DNA of 64,000 nucleotides from Curvularia clavata (Eukaryota): NCBI GenBank assembly GCA_023920165.1, contig CP089275.1, positions 2,604,001 to 2,668,000 of the forward strand, read 5' to 3'. Shown piece by piece: positions 49,846 to 61,172 of this stretch (position 1 is its first letter; each line of letters starts with the position of its first letter). The notes under the pieces were generated by a model. It saw only the letters and a program-made list of their open reading frames with translations, ran no database searches and was not told where the DNA came from. The position numbers and the translations under genes were made by a program.

Positions 49846-50316
49846 TTATAGGAGGCCAGCAAGAGCGAAGATACCACCAGCGACGGCGCCCATGGCGGGG
49901 AGGGCGTTGGGCTGGGCAGCACCAGTGGCTCCAGCACCGGCAGATGAGGCGGCAGACGAAGCACCAGAACCGGCAGCGGATGTGACAGAGCGGGCAGCAG
50001 ACTCAGCTTCAGAACGGATCGATCCACCAGCCGAGGCAACGCTTGAGGCAATGCTTGAGAGACGCGAAGCAACGTCAGATGGGAGGCTACCAGCGCCAGA
50101 GGTGATCTCGGAGCGGAGGCTCGAGGCAACCGACGCAGCGTCAGAGGGGACACCACCGGCGGCCGACGTGATCTGGCTGGCAAGGCTGTTGGCAGCAGAG
50201 GCAGCGTCCGAGGGAAGGCTACCAGCGACGGAAGTGATCTGTGAGAGGATGCTGTCGACCTGGGCGTTGGCAGCGCCGGCGGCGAAGAGAGCGGTGGCAA
50301 TGTAGGTGAAACGCAT
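49846..50316 (-). CDS. Ser/Ala-rich secreted, probably GPI-anchored cell-wall protein
   Basis: Signal peptide MRFTYIATALFAAGAANA, three ~22-aa S(Q/E)ITS.AG..PSD.AS repeats and a hydrophobic C-terminus AMGAVAGGIFALAGLL. Strong codon bias. Confidence 0.85.
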   Translation of the reverse strand: MRFTYIATALFAAGAANAQVDSILSQITSVAGSLPSDAASAANSLASQITSAAGGVPSDAASVASSLRSEITSGAGSLPSDVASRLSSIASSVASAGGSIRSEAESAARSVTSAAGSGASSAASSAGAGATGAAQPNALPAMGAVAGGIFALAGLL

Positions 50317-52112
50317 CTTGTTGGGGTTGGAGGGGTGGTGAGGAGGTGGAGTGCTGCGTCGAGTTGAACGAGTTGGATTAATGTGTAGTGGGTATCTGTG
50401 GATGATGGGGAGTTCAAAAGGGAGTGACCTGAGCATTCTTATACCAAGCGTGTGCATGTACTAGCGCTGTCAATCGCAGACACAGCCCTTCGGGTGACAA
50501 CAGTGTGCTGGTTGCGCACCGCCTCCTCCACTTTTCGCAAGGCTAAGCCCGGGCAAAGGCGACGGGTGACGCCACATGTCTCGCCTCTATTGTTTCCGTG
50601 GGCCTGTAGGAATCAAGCAGCCCCAGACATGCTCCACTATATTCCTGTTCTCCCAGGCGGAGTGCGAGCTGGGCCATCAATCCGTGCTAGCTCATGACGT
50701 CGTCCGCTACGCAACTTTGACCTAATTTGTCCCGGTGTTGCAGCCAAGATCCACGGATGTGTGTTACAAAGCCACTCCGGTGCGTACTCTACCAGCCGAG
50801 CCATGGGTTACTGTCGAGTGGGCTGTTCCATGGTTGCTATTTTGGGCGTAGAAGCCATGCTCCCACTCTGAAACTGGCCTGCCCTGAGCACTTGTAGTCG
50901 AGCCAAACTTTTTCCCCGTCAGCACCACGCTCTGCAAGCTCAAAAGTAAAAGGCACCTGGGTCGTGTGTATGTGCCTGGTCCCCTGGACAGCAACAGCGA
51001 CAACCAACGCACTTGGTTCGAGCTTGCGTGCTACGCAGCCTTTGCAGCACACCACCGGCTCCATTGGTAACACGCGATCCAACGTCCCGCCGATCCACTT
51101 GTTGTTAGGGCAACCCAGACAAGCCTTGGCTACGCATGTCGGCCGCCCAGGTGCCTCGCCGCCATCATTTAATTACGAAACAGCTTGTCGTCACGTCTTC
51201 CAAATATCCAGCGAGATCCAGGGCCAGCAGCCAGTCTCCGAGGCGCACCTCGGCCGCCCAAACTGATGTCAGCGAAGGATCCGAGCTAGAACAATGACGC
51301 AACGCAATGTGGGATAAATTGTGGCTCTTGGTCGTGGCTAGTCGTGGCGCGGCTGAGGTAATGGCTGTTGGTGGTGTGCCTGGCCATAGCCCTACGCCGA
51401 TCTCGACGCAACTCACCCCTGTCCTGATGTGGCCAAGCCCGTCTTTGCCGGTGCCTTGGATAGTTGCCGACTGCGTTCGGAGCCCTTTGCTGCAGCCGTG
51501 CCTTGGTCGCTCAACACACGGCCTATTTCCATGAGCGTAGCTGATGTCACCCGTCGTCGTGCCTGTCTTTTGTCGAGTCGTTCCACCTATCAGAGGAGAA
51601 ATAGGCGCGCGTAATCTCCCGAATCTCGATCGACGGCACGTCCAATGCAATGGCCAATAGGTCTAGAGCGAGGCAATGTAGAAAAGGAAATAGAGAAAGA
51701 GGCAATAAGAATTGCTGGTTGTACATGGTAAGTAGCTTAGCGGGTGACGGCCATCTTCGGGCTAGCGCCAAAGCAAATCTGACGACAAGGAGCCATCAAG
51801 ACTCGTTCCCAGTAACAATACACTGACCCTAAGGATGCAAGCCTTATGGGCGATTTCTTGGAAGAACCACTGATTCAAATATGTTTTCTTAATCCTCATC
51901 AGCTCTTCCATCGTCTTGGTCAGCTAGGCGCTCGACTCCGTGGTCTTAACCCTGGCCTAGTATTTATTGAGCTCTGAAGGCAAAGCAGAACCCTTATTGC
52001 ACACCTAACAGAAATATCACTTCCTTGCTTTAGTTGAAATGATCGCTTTAGCTAATCAACAATGGTTGTCTTCGCAGCATGTTCCGTTGACTGCTTATGT
52101 AGGCTCGGCGCG

Positions 52113-53776
52113 TTACTCATGGCGTGGGGTTTGCTTGTGTTCGAGTAATTCCCCGAGTGTTGCGAAGCACATGTTGCAAGCTTTACAGAACCGCTCCGGT
52201 ACGACGATTAGGGCAATGACCTTGCTCTTGGCAAGCTTGGTAATGTGCTCTAGAGACTCCTGGTGTGATACTAAGTCTGAGGATAATTCGAATGATATGT
52301 CACACGGCGTGCGGGGAAGCTCAGGTTCGTGGATTGAAGCAACAAGCCCAGCCTCGGAAACACTGGGAAGCCTCGCTCGATGTGGACCTGACTGGTTGCC
52401 CCTCAAGAACCCAGAAGCTGTTTTGCAGTACTTGTCGCATAGCTCCAAAAAAAAGCCTTCGACCTCAGGATTGTTGGCTAGGTGCTCTGAAATCTCTTGT
52501 ACACGTAACGATTGGGATCTGGTGGACGACTAATCGCATAGCCCAATAAAAAGCTCTTTGGAGTTGATGACCGAAGCAATCATGTGGGCCATGGGTGTGT
52601 TGGTATGATTTGCCGGTGTGTTAGAGTTGTTTTGTGTGCACGAAGCGATCTGGATGATGTGAAGGACCTGTTGCAGTCCTCACAACAGGACTCGTTCCTT
52701 TTCCTAATCTCAGAAGCTATCCTAGTCTTGGGTTTCCCACTCCCTTTGGCAGATGCCTTAAAGTTCCCTCGTGGTAAGACTGCATCCAAGATGTTCGAAA
52801 GAGTTTGGCGCATATGTCACTGAAGAGGGGGGTGGTGAGCCCGGCATCGTCTTTAGCTTCTGAAACGCCTTGGGTATTTGCGAGGTGACATCGGGAGGCC
52901 TCGTGGGTCGTCAAATTCTTTGGACAGTAAAAGTTCTTGCCGCAAGGATTTCACCTCAGCCTCCCAAAAGCTCTAGCCTTACGTCGGCATCTCTGGTCAG
53001 TCTGCTGATGAGAGCGACATTAGCCTTCAGGGTCATCTGATTTGCACTTCGTGAGTAATTCTTGGTCTCGTTGAAATCGCTTAAGCCGTCGTTTCTCGTC
53101 TAGCTGAGCTTGCCAGTCAGCTGTTTGCTCAGGAGTGAAGACCGCGCTCTCCCCACGGATGGCTTCGCAGAGAGAATAATGCGTACAGCAGCCATAGTAT
53201 CCAAGCTCTTCGATCGACCATGGTAACATCTTGGGCAAGCCGTAGTCCTGGGTGTGAGATACCATTGCCCAGAATGAGAAGGCGAACAGCGTCTCTAGGA
53301 TATGAAACAGCGAGCACAGCAGAATGCGAGTTTCAGGGCCAGAATCTAGAGTAGAGCAGAGAATTCTATGGTAAGTGACGCAATAGCCGTTCTTCAAAGC
53401 GTCCTTTACTGTGAAAGGGAGAAGGGAACATTTTCCCCTAGTGAATCTATAATGCTGGAGTCCAGAATCAATTTTAAATTCCCGGTTCATGCCCGAGCCT
53501 GTGCATAGCTTAAGGCGCTGTCCATCTTCTCAAATACAATAACATAAACGCCCCAGAGTTCACAATGCTCGGTTGAGAGACGCATAAAATCGCCAATGTT
53601 AGGCGGCTTTGGAGCGAAAAGTCACTCCAAGATGCTAGGCGAGAACCTTACTAAAGATATGGCTTCGTATCTTTGTTGATAAAGAATACGCTATGCAATG
53701 AGTTGTTCAGGGAGGCAGGGGTCGACGCTAAAGGTTTCCAGCATAAGATAAGAAAGGTGGTGAACAAGGAGTCCAT
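52113..53776 (-). pseudogene. Decayed GIY-YIG-like domain plus multiple C2H2 zinc-finger gene
   Basis: From ATG 53776, frameshifted and stop-interrupted segments read WGVYVIVFEK / KLCTGSG / ALKNGYCVTYHRIL / ILETLFAFSFWAM / YYGCCTH. Fingers follow: CEDCNRSFTSSRSLRAHKTTLTH, CDISFELSSDLVSHQESLEH and CKACNMCFATLGELLEHKQTPRH. Confidence 0.65.
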
Positions 53777-54622
53777 GTTGTCAAGTGTGAAAATAAAAGA
53801 CAATAACGTGCAAAGAAAGTGATAGTACTGTAAAGATAGAGTAAAAAAGTCATGTTGAAGTTTATATACTTCAGTAATAACCGCATATTTTATAACAAAC
53901 TAACGATACGACTTTTCTTGGCCAGATTAAAGTCTCATAGTAGCTCATAAGAGATGTACAAGACAGAAAGAACTTATTCTCGTTCGTAGTGAGACCGAAT
54001 TGATGCTTCAGCTCTCCTTTATACGCCAAGTGATAGAGTAGTCTATTGAAGAAAGATGTCTCCGGTTCTTTGTCTTCAAGAGGGCATGTTCTTCAAGGCA
54101 GGTTTTCGCCTCCCCGGACGGCATATTTCCTGCCTAACTAGGTCGTCCCGGAGTGTGAAGCTTCCGAGAGATACTATTTAAAATAGAACATCCAGGATGA
54201 TGCCAAAGTTGGCGCGGCAGAATTTCGGGGCAAGATAGAGGTTGGCTGCCATCTCGTGTCTCGGCTGATATATCTAGACCGGAAAGACCCAAGCAAGAAA
54301 TATGTATTAAATCTCTGTAGTTCTCAGGAATACCTTCTCCTTGAGAAGGGGCTTTCGAACATGAACATATAAAATGTGTGGTACGACCCTAGAAGCTATT
54401 ACGATGGCACTTTGACCCTTGCTGATACACTCTATATCGATGTCCAATTGGCCTTTCGATTCCTATTAGTTTGAAATTTTTGTTCAATTATCTATGCTAG
54501 GACTTTTCCTATAAGTCAGGTGCAGTCGCCTACAACCATGGTAATAGGTGGAACCCCAGGACCCTTAAAATGTCTTCCTTCTTACCTGCAAATAGTTTAA
54601 GTCCGCTTCAAGAAAGTGTATA

Positions 54623-54655
54623 TCTACTCTAGATTGTCTACTCTAGATTGTCTAC
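54623..54655. repeat. 14-bp tandem duplication
   Basis: tctactctagattg x2 plus tctac. Confidence 0.8.
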
Positions 54656-54799
54656 ATGTTTTTCACTCTATAAGAAACTGGTCTGAAAAATCTAGAGAGA
54701 GATGCTGATGCAAGAGTGGCTATACAGATATTGTATCTAGAGAACATGTTTGAATAGTAATGATTTTGTTGGATTAGGGCTAAGGAACTGCTCATATCT

Positions 54800-55950
54800 C
54801 ATCAGCTTGTATCGCTGTTAGATCATCAAGCTTCTTGATGCCATATTCCAACAGCAATCTTGCCGTGATGACCTTAATTTCGACTGCCGCAAAGACGCGC
54901 CCTAGACAAGCATGATCACCATATCCAAAATACATATTTTGTTCCTCAGATGAAACAAACTGTGGATCTTCTAGCTCGCTCTAACCATTCGATTGACGAA
55001 GCTTGTAATAGTGGAACCCGTCGAAACTATCCGGATCTGAACAAAGGTTAACGTCATGATTCATGGCGGCATTGGCGACTGTGATGATGACGCCTGCGGG
55101 GATGTGTTAGCCATTGTACGAGGCTACCGCAGAGCTTATCTCCTCCCGTAGTGGTTCAATGTAGTCAGAAAACGCGGCGAGAGAGTACAAAGCATTAGTC
55201 GCCATGGCGGATGTTGTACGGATAGCCGAAAAAAGTGAGAGGAAGTGTCCATTTGGAGAGCGCAGCAGTATCCTCCGCATACGTACCGGGGTGACCGAGA
55301 GTATGCTGGTCAATTTACAGCTCCATAAGCTATCTATGAACACTGTGACGAGGCTTGTTTCCGTATACTGAGCTCGTTGCGGCACCAGCCATTTCAGAGA
55401 TTAGCCTACCCCGGTCCTCAAGCCACAGAGCTCAGGTACATAGGTAAGGCATAGCTGCACCGCCACTAGATTACCCAAGCATCCAAGACGGCCCTCTCTC
55501 CTTCCGGCTTCCGGTGCCTCAGAGCGCAGCCAGTGCTCCACCAGAGATCTACGTCGCATCTCGGATCTGTGCAGACCGATGGCCAATGACTTTAACCACA
55601 TCAAACAAGCCTATGGATTTGCTGTACTTCCTCTTTATCGATCGACCAAGATTGCACATGCTCCCGCGGGCGCCGCTTTTGTTATTGTGTCCGTTAAGGG
55701 GAGGGATGAGTATCTGCCAATACTTCAGCAGCTTCGTCTTTAGATACCACAATCATCGAATAAAATAGTCATTGTAGCTGAACGTGAAATAATCGAAGTC
55801 ATACGGCTATACAGGTCTTGGTCACTTGAAGTTTTTTTATTGTAAACATTCATGACAGCTTCTCCCAAATGCCTAGAAGATTCTTGCAAAAGTGGCACAC
55901 TGGAGACACATGTAAAAAAAGTGACCACCAAGTGGTATATGACGATCATG
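54800..55950 (-). pseudogene. Cytochrome P450 pseudogene (ent-kaurene-oxidase/CYP503-like motifs)
   Basis: I-helix LFSAIRTTS..YIEPLREEI, then a stop, HIPAG..DPDSFDGFHY, another stop, and heme motif FGYGDHACLGRVFAAVEIK at ~54880-54930. The ExxR K-helix is missing. Upstream boundary approximate. Confidence 0.85.
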
Positions 55951-56956
55951 TCATGGCAAACATTTCAAATGCCAGCCCTGAACTTATTTAAGATTATCAC
56001 ACTAATCCTAGGTCACACAAAGTTTTGTTTGCAGAGCATGTAAGCACTATGATGAGTTCATAGTTTAATTATACTTTTCCATTGAGCGCAAAAGTGTATG
56101 ACGAACGCTACCATGGCGGTGGATCAATAGGACCGACGTAAGTATTCTTGGCATTGTCATGTCATCCCTGTGACGGTTGACTACAATATAAGAGCTAGTA
56201 TATTGAAACAAAACAAAGGTCGCCATGACTTTCTTGAATGATATGTATGTGAGGTAATTAGCACGCATTAAGAGTTTATTTATGAGACTCCATATGGTAC
56301 TATGTGGTTGTGAAACAATTTGTATCCGTTAGGCATGACCACAAGCTTACGTAACTTGAAGTTTATTCAAAAGAGCTTCGTAAAGTCCGAGTGCAGTACT
56401 CTGTAGCCAAGTAGACACCCCTTGTCAGCTTATTATACCTCTGATCAGTACCATGATGAGTAGACAGTACCACATCACTGGGACGATGACGATATACGGT
56501 ACCTGATGTTTTCACCGAACGTCTCCCGGCGCATCCGATGGCAATGTTTTATCCGCCAGGAACCTGCACTGTTGCTTTAAAGTGGACCTTCTTTAATATC
56601 GTTAGAAGCAGTAGCTACTGCTACATACATGTCGCTACGTAGAACGTGTATGTCAGAAAAGAACGCAGCTGTTGTCAAAGCTGCATTCCAGGTTGAAGTA
56701 GTTTTGCCCAATCTTCACTGACCCATGTGTAAACGCGAGCGACAAGAAAACCTTATACATATTCGGGCCATAAGCCGGTGCTTACTCCGAAATCGAGCAA
56801 AAACGTACGAGTATCCACTGCAATGATGATGAATATCCACTCTCTTTATGTATAAAAACCTAGGTATATTCTTGTGGGCATGGTAATCAGTGCAACGCCC
56901 TCTGAAAACAGCGCAACTAAGCAAGATCACCAGCATTAATCCTTCTATCATCTGCA

Positions 56957-57586
56957 ATGGCTCCCATTCACTCTTTCTTGCTCGCCCTTGGCTCGCTAGC
57001 CAGCATCGGCGCCGCTTGGTACCCTGACCAGACGCCCTACGCCAACAACACCCTGATCACCTTCCAAAAGCAGGGCTGCTACGATACCAATTGTGGTTTT
57101 GTGTATCACAACTTTCAGCCCCAGACCTGTGCTGTGACCATCACTCGCAAGGGACTGAACATTAGCGAGGCGATTGCGGCCAAACTGACGCTCGTCAAGT
57201 CTGGCTTGCTCATCCGCAACGAGACCGGATATCCCGACCCAACCTTTGTCGCTTGGGACGAGGGCCCAGACTCGAACGCAGACGGACCGCTCCAATGCGG
57301 TACCGCCGTCGTCAACGAGACTGTCTCTGGCGAGTCGCTTTGCATCTCGGCGCCGGACAACCATAACTACCACGGATTCAGTTACTGGCGTCCAGGTCAA
57401 GATAAAACCAAAAGGAGTGATATTCCAGAGTGCACGGGCGAGCAGTATCCCGATGGTGTCATGCTCAATGGCAAAATGTACAACATTGAAGGTATCCCTG
57501 ACGATGACAAGCTCACTTTGTTGAGCTTGGTGCTGAACGGCGGCGGCAAGGTCTCGGTCGAGCTTGATGTATACCTCATAGATTAG
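56957..57586 (+). CDS. Secreted Cys-containing protein, effector candidate (209 aa)
   Basis: TATAAAA at ~56851, signal peptide MAPIHSFLLALGSLASIGAA, six Cys, internal KR site; intronless. Confidence 0.8.
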   Translation: MAPIHSFLLALGSLASIGAAWYPDQTPYANNTLITFQKQGCYDTNCGFVYHNFQPQTCAVTITRKGLNISEAIAAKLTLVKSGLLIRNETGYPDPTFVAWDEGPDSNADGPLQCGTAVVNETVSGESLCISAPDNHNYHGFSYWRPGQDKTKRSDIPECTGEQYPDGVMLNGKMYNIEGIPDDDKLTLLSLVLNGGGKVSVELDVYLID

Positions 57587-57810
57587 AATGTAATGTGACA
57601 CATCAAGTGCACAGTTTGTGTTCTTGGAGGGATCACCGTAGGTGGTTGTCATGGTATCCATCTTTGTTGGGCTGGGAGTAAATCGATAATATATGCAATC
57701 ATCTCTTTGTTCCAACAATGCGTTCAACATCTTTTACTTCGTGAGGTGCTATTTTCGAATCTGAGTTCTTCTCTGTGGTTTCAGAAATCCATGACCTAGT
57801 CCATGTTGGG

Positions 57811-57813
<3 letters not shown>

Positions 57814-57855
<42 letters not shown>

Positions 57856-57873
57856 TGTGTGTGTGTGTGTGTG
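57814..57873. repeat. Compound microsatellite (AG)20(TG)10
   Basis: Read directly from the sequence. Confidence 0.97.
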
Positions 57874-58123
57874 CGGCTTGCTATGATCAGGTCAACGGAA
57901 ACACTCACATCATCTAGCTACTGCGTCGTTCTCGACCCTGGCAAGACCATTTAGCAAGTGCACGTGATAGATGATCTTTGCAAACGATATGCTGTGATGA
58001 TACTGTGTATTGCGTGGCATGGACAACACCCTAATAGTGGACCAGGCTACTATAGTTTCAAGATTGAGCGGAACATCTTATATTGCATATGAAATCTGCT
58101 CAAGAAATGGACTATGTATGCCG

Positions 58124-60233
58124 CTATCGACGAACTTTGCATGTCTTGGTTCGTGAGACCGACTTGTCACCTTCACTAGTGGCAGTCAACGTGACTGTAG
58201 CCTCCTCTGAGGATTTGCTCTCGCGGCCAACGGCAACCTTAACTGTCTTTTGTTTACCGTTTCCAGCATAAACCAGTGCATTTGGCAGCGCGACCTTCCA
58301 ACCCTCGCCTTTTACTTCTGCTTCGAGACGGTAGATGTCATTTCCAAGATAAGAGGAAAGGTCCTGTGGATGAGGGTTTGTGCTGAGTTTGGCAGCTTTT
58401 CCAGTGTTCTTCAATTCGAAAGTGCAATACATTGTGTCTGCCTCAGGGGAGTCTGAGCCAGCCCGCGCAACCTTTCCGGAGCCAAGCTCGATGCCGTGCT
58501 GCGCGGACGTAGTAGCATTGGTCAGAGTGGAAGCGACACCGACAGTGTAATGCAAAACACCAGCTTCGTCGCGAAGCTTTTCAAGAATGTAGAAATGCAA
58601 GCCGTTGGCTTCGTCGACGTACTCGTACTCTGAACCGGAGTTGGTGCCGGCATGAAAGAGTGCGTCAACCAGTTGTCTGTAATCGCCGATCGTCCAGTAC
58701 CTTGCCGTTCCGTTTGGAAGGTAGAAATCAATCTGTCGTGCATCCTGAGGGTTAGCATCAATGACCCATTGGAATGGCTGCACTCGGTCGCTGTTCTTGG
58801 TCTTGCTGATCAATACGCCTGAATCTGGGCAGAAAGAGTCTGCGCCCATGCGGTCGACAACTTCCAGGTTGTAATTGTTATATCCGCGGCCGTCACACAG
58901 CGCATCAAGGGTGACATTACACCGCGGTGCAAGATCGCCCGCAGACCCAAAGGATATATTAAACCCCATCAGGCTATTAACTGGGTCGACTGACCGAGCG
59001 GTGATCTGAGCTACCACTGGACCAGAGGTGGCGAGGCCAGAACGAGAAATTTGCAAGATTGGAGTAGTGTCGATAAGGCCAATTTGATGTTTATCTCTCA
59101 TGGTATGCAAAGAACCCATGGACGCGCCTTTTACAGGAGGGATTTGCCAGCGTGTATGAGGACCTCCAGGGCCGTTGAAGCTGCCGCGAGACAACATACT
59201 CCAGGGACCCGTGTACGTACGTCTAGCAGGGTTACTAAATGGGTTGTTGTAGTTGTCGCCGATACCAAGCAAATGCGACAACTCGTGAGCAAACGTAGCC
59301 ATGCCACTAGACTCTCCCTGGGTGGACGAGCCGCCGCCTGCGTTGGGCCAAATCGTGGAGGCTGCAGCCCACGACGACCATTCAACATAACGTGTGCTAG
59401 CCCAGTTTGGCAGCGAGGAGTTAGGCGGAGGCCCAAACTCGTCGGGTACGTCTTCTTTGCTGAGGAACTTCATCTCGCCGAACTCTTGCCATGTTGAAGA
59501 CTCGTCCTGGCCCGCAGAAAGAATAAAGGCCAACTCAAACGCGTCTGCGGTTGCATTGCCCACGTCCGCACGCCATGCTCCAAGAGCATCAGTACGCAGA
59601 TCAACAGAGCACGGAGGGCCCTTGGGACAAGCGCCTTCGTTGAAGCCGCCCTCCTCATCGTCGATTCCATACTGGTAACTACGCGATGGCATACGATATG
59701 GACCAAAAACGGTCAGGTCAACTCCGTACTTTCCAAAAGAGTCACCCATCCAGTATTCATGGAGGGTGTGGCCTTGGTTGATTTCATTGGGCACGTTGAG
59801 AAGATCATGGTAAAACTTGGGAACATCTTCGCGCTTCAGGCCAGCAGCCAGCGGTTGCGGGTTACCGAATATGTCAGAGTTGGCAGGCAGAGTGACGACA
59901 AATGGCGAGTCCGGGTAGTCGACCGTTATCATGGCGATGTTGAAATTCCTGTCCTTGCCCTTGCGTGATGGATCAGCCCAATTGGTCGTCGGTGGCGCTA
60001 GATAGTCTGCAGCATGTTTAGCGATGGAATCACATTTACATGCAGCGTTACGCAACAAAAAATTACCTACCGTCCCAGGTCATGTTATCCGGGTTCACCC
60101 AGTTCTGCGGATCGATGGGCGCAAATGGATCCGAAGAAGGGCTTTGGCGAGGGACGACGGCAGCGGACGCAAGGGCAAGCATTGCGCTTCCCAACGCCGC
60201 CATTGAAACACTCGAGCCCTTTGTTGCTGCCAT
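58124..60233 (-). CDS. Secreted M6-family (immune inhibitor A-like) zinc metalloprotease
   Basis: Signal peptide, PIDPQNWVNPDNMTWD|DY across intron 60007-60070, zinc motif HELSHLLGIGDNY and Met-turn WSMLSRGS. Start may be 60233 or 60203. Confidence 0.88.
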
Positions 60234-61172
60234 TGAGTCTTCAAAGACGCTCCTTGCCGTCAAGGAGGCTTCTGATTACACTGGCAGAGGAGAAGTGACC
60301 GAACGTGAAGACAGCCCGGGTGCCGGGAAAGGAAGACCTTTGTATGAAGACATTTGTATAGCCGGTGCCCACAGGAAACGTGTGGCGATAAAAGGCCGCA
60401 AGGTTTGTTGCTGATAACCGGCGCAATCAGAGGCAAAGATGTTCAGCATATGGCTCGACGATGTACTCGACTGCCTGTTGTAGCTAGCTTGGCTGCCTCA
60501 GCCGGCTTGGCGGACAAGCACCTGCTTCTTGGGGTGTTGCAATGACGCTAAAAGTCGGTCTTACGAAGTAGTTGTACATGGTTGCTGATCAGCGCCTTAG
60601 CATGCATTCTGTCTTCGTCGGGTCAGATGCGGTGATTTGTTGTGGGGCGGTAACGGCCGATCGAGGTTCCGGGCTGACATGATGAAGACTTGAGACGAGT
60701 ATGATGTAGCTCAGAAAAAAAACAAGCGAGTTGACTCTATTCCTGAGGCGGCTGTGGCAATGTTAGAAGTCGAGTTGTTGGGTGAGTTAGTATCGCGCAG
60801 TACAGTCGAGTTGTACAAATTTTCCCAGGTAAGTAGCGGTGGTGCATTCGTATTCCCACGCTCTCGGGTTCATATACCTCGGTGTCATTCGGAATACATA
60901 GCAAAAAGGTTTGGTGATAATATAATGATGATGATAAAAATTCTTCCTATATATTGAGATGACTGTATTCGTCGCAAATTCGCCAGTCAAAGTACACCTT
61001 TTTGGTTGAACTCCGAACTTGTTCGCCCATGAAATTGGGAGTATCGTGGAGATAGACGTGCAGAGTGATGAATAAATACTTCCGTTAACGCCGCCATATG
61101 CAGTAAAAGCCATAAAAGTTAGCCAAGCAAACAAGATGGTTGTGTGTCGGTATGCGCGCAAGCCGAGACCTC

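Noticed and set aside
56453..56506. C/D-box snoRNA-like pattern (ATGATGA...CTGA)
   Set aside because: Only 54 nt, the terminal stem is weak and no rRNA-complementary guide was recognised.
60679..60746. Second C/D-box-like pattern
   Set aside because: No convincing terminal stem, D' box or recognisable guide; would need snoscan to revive.
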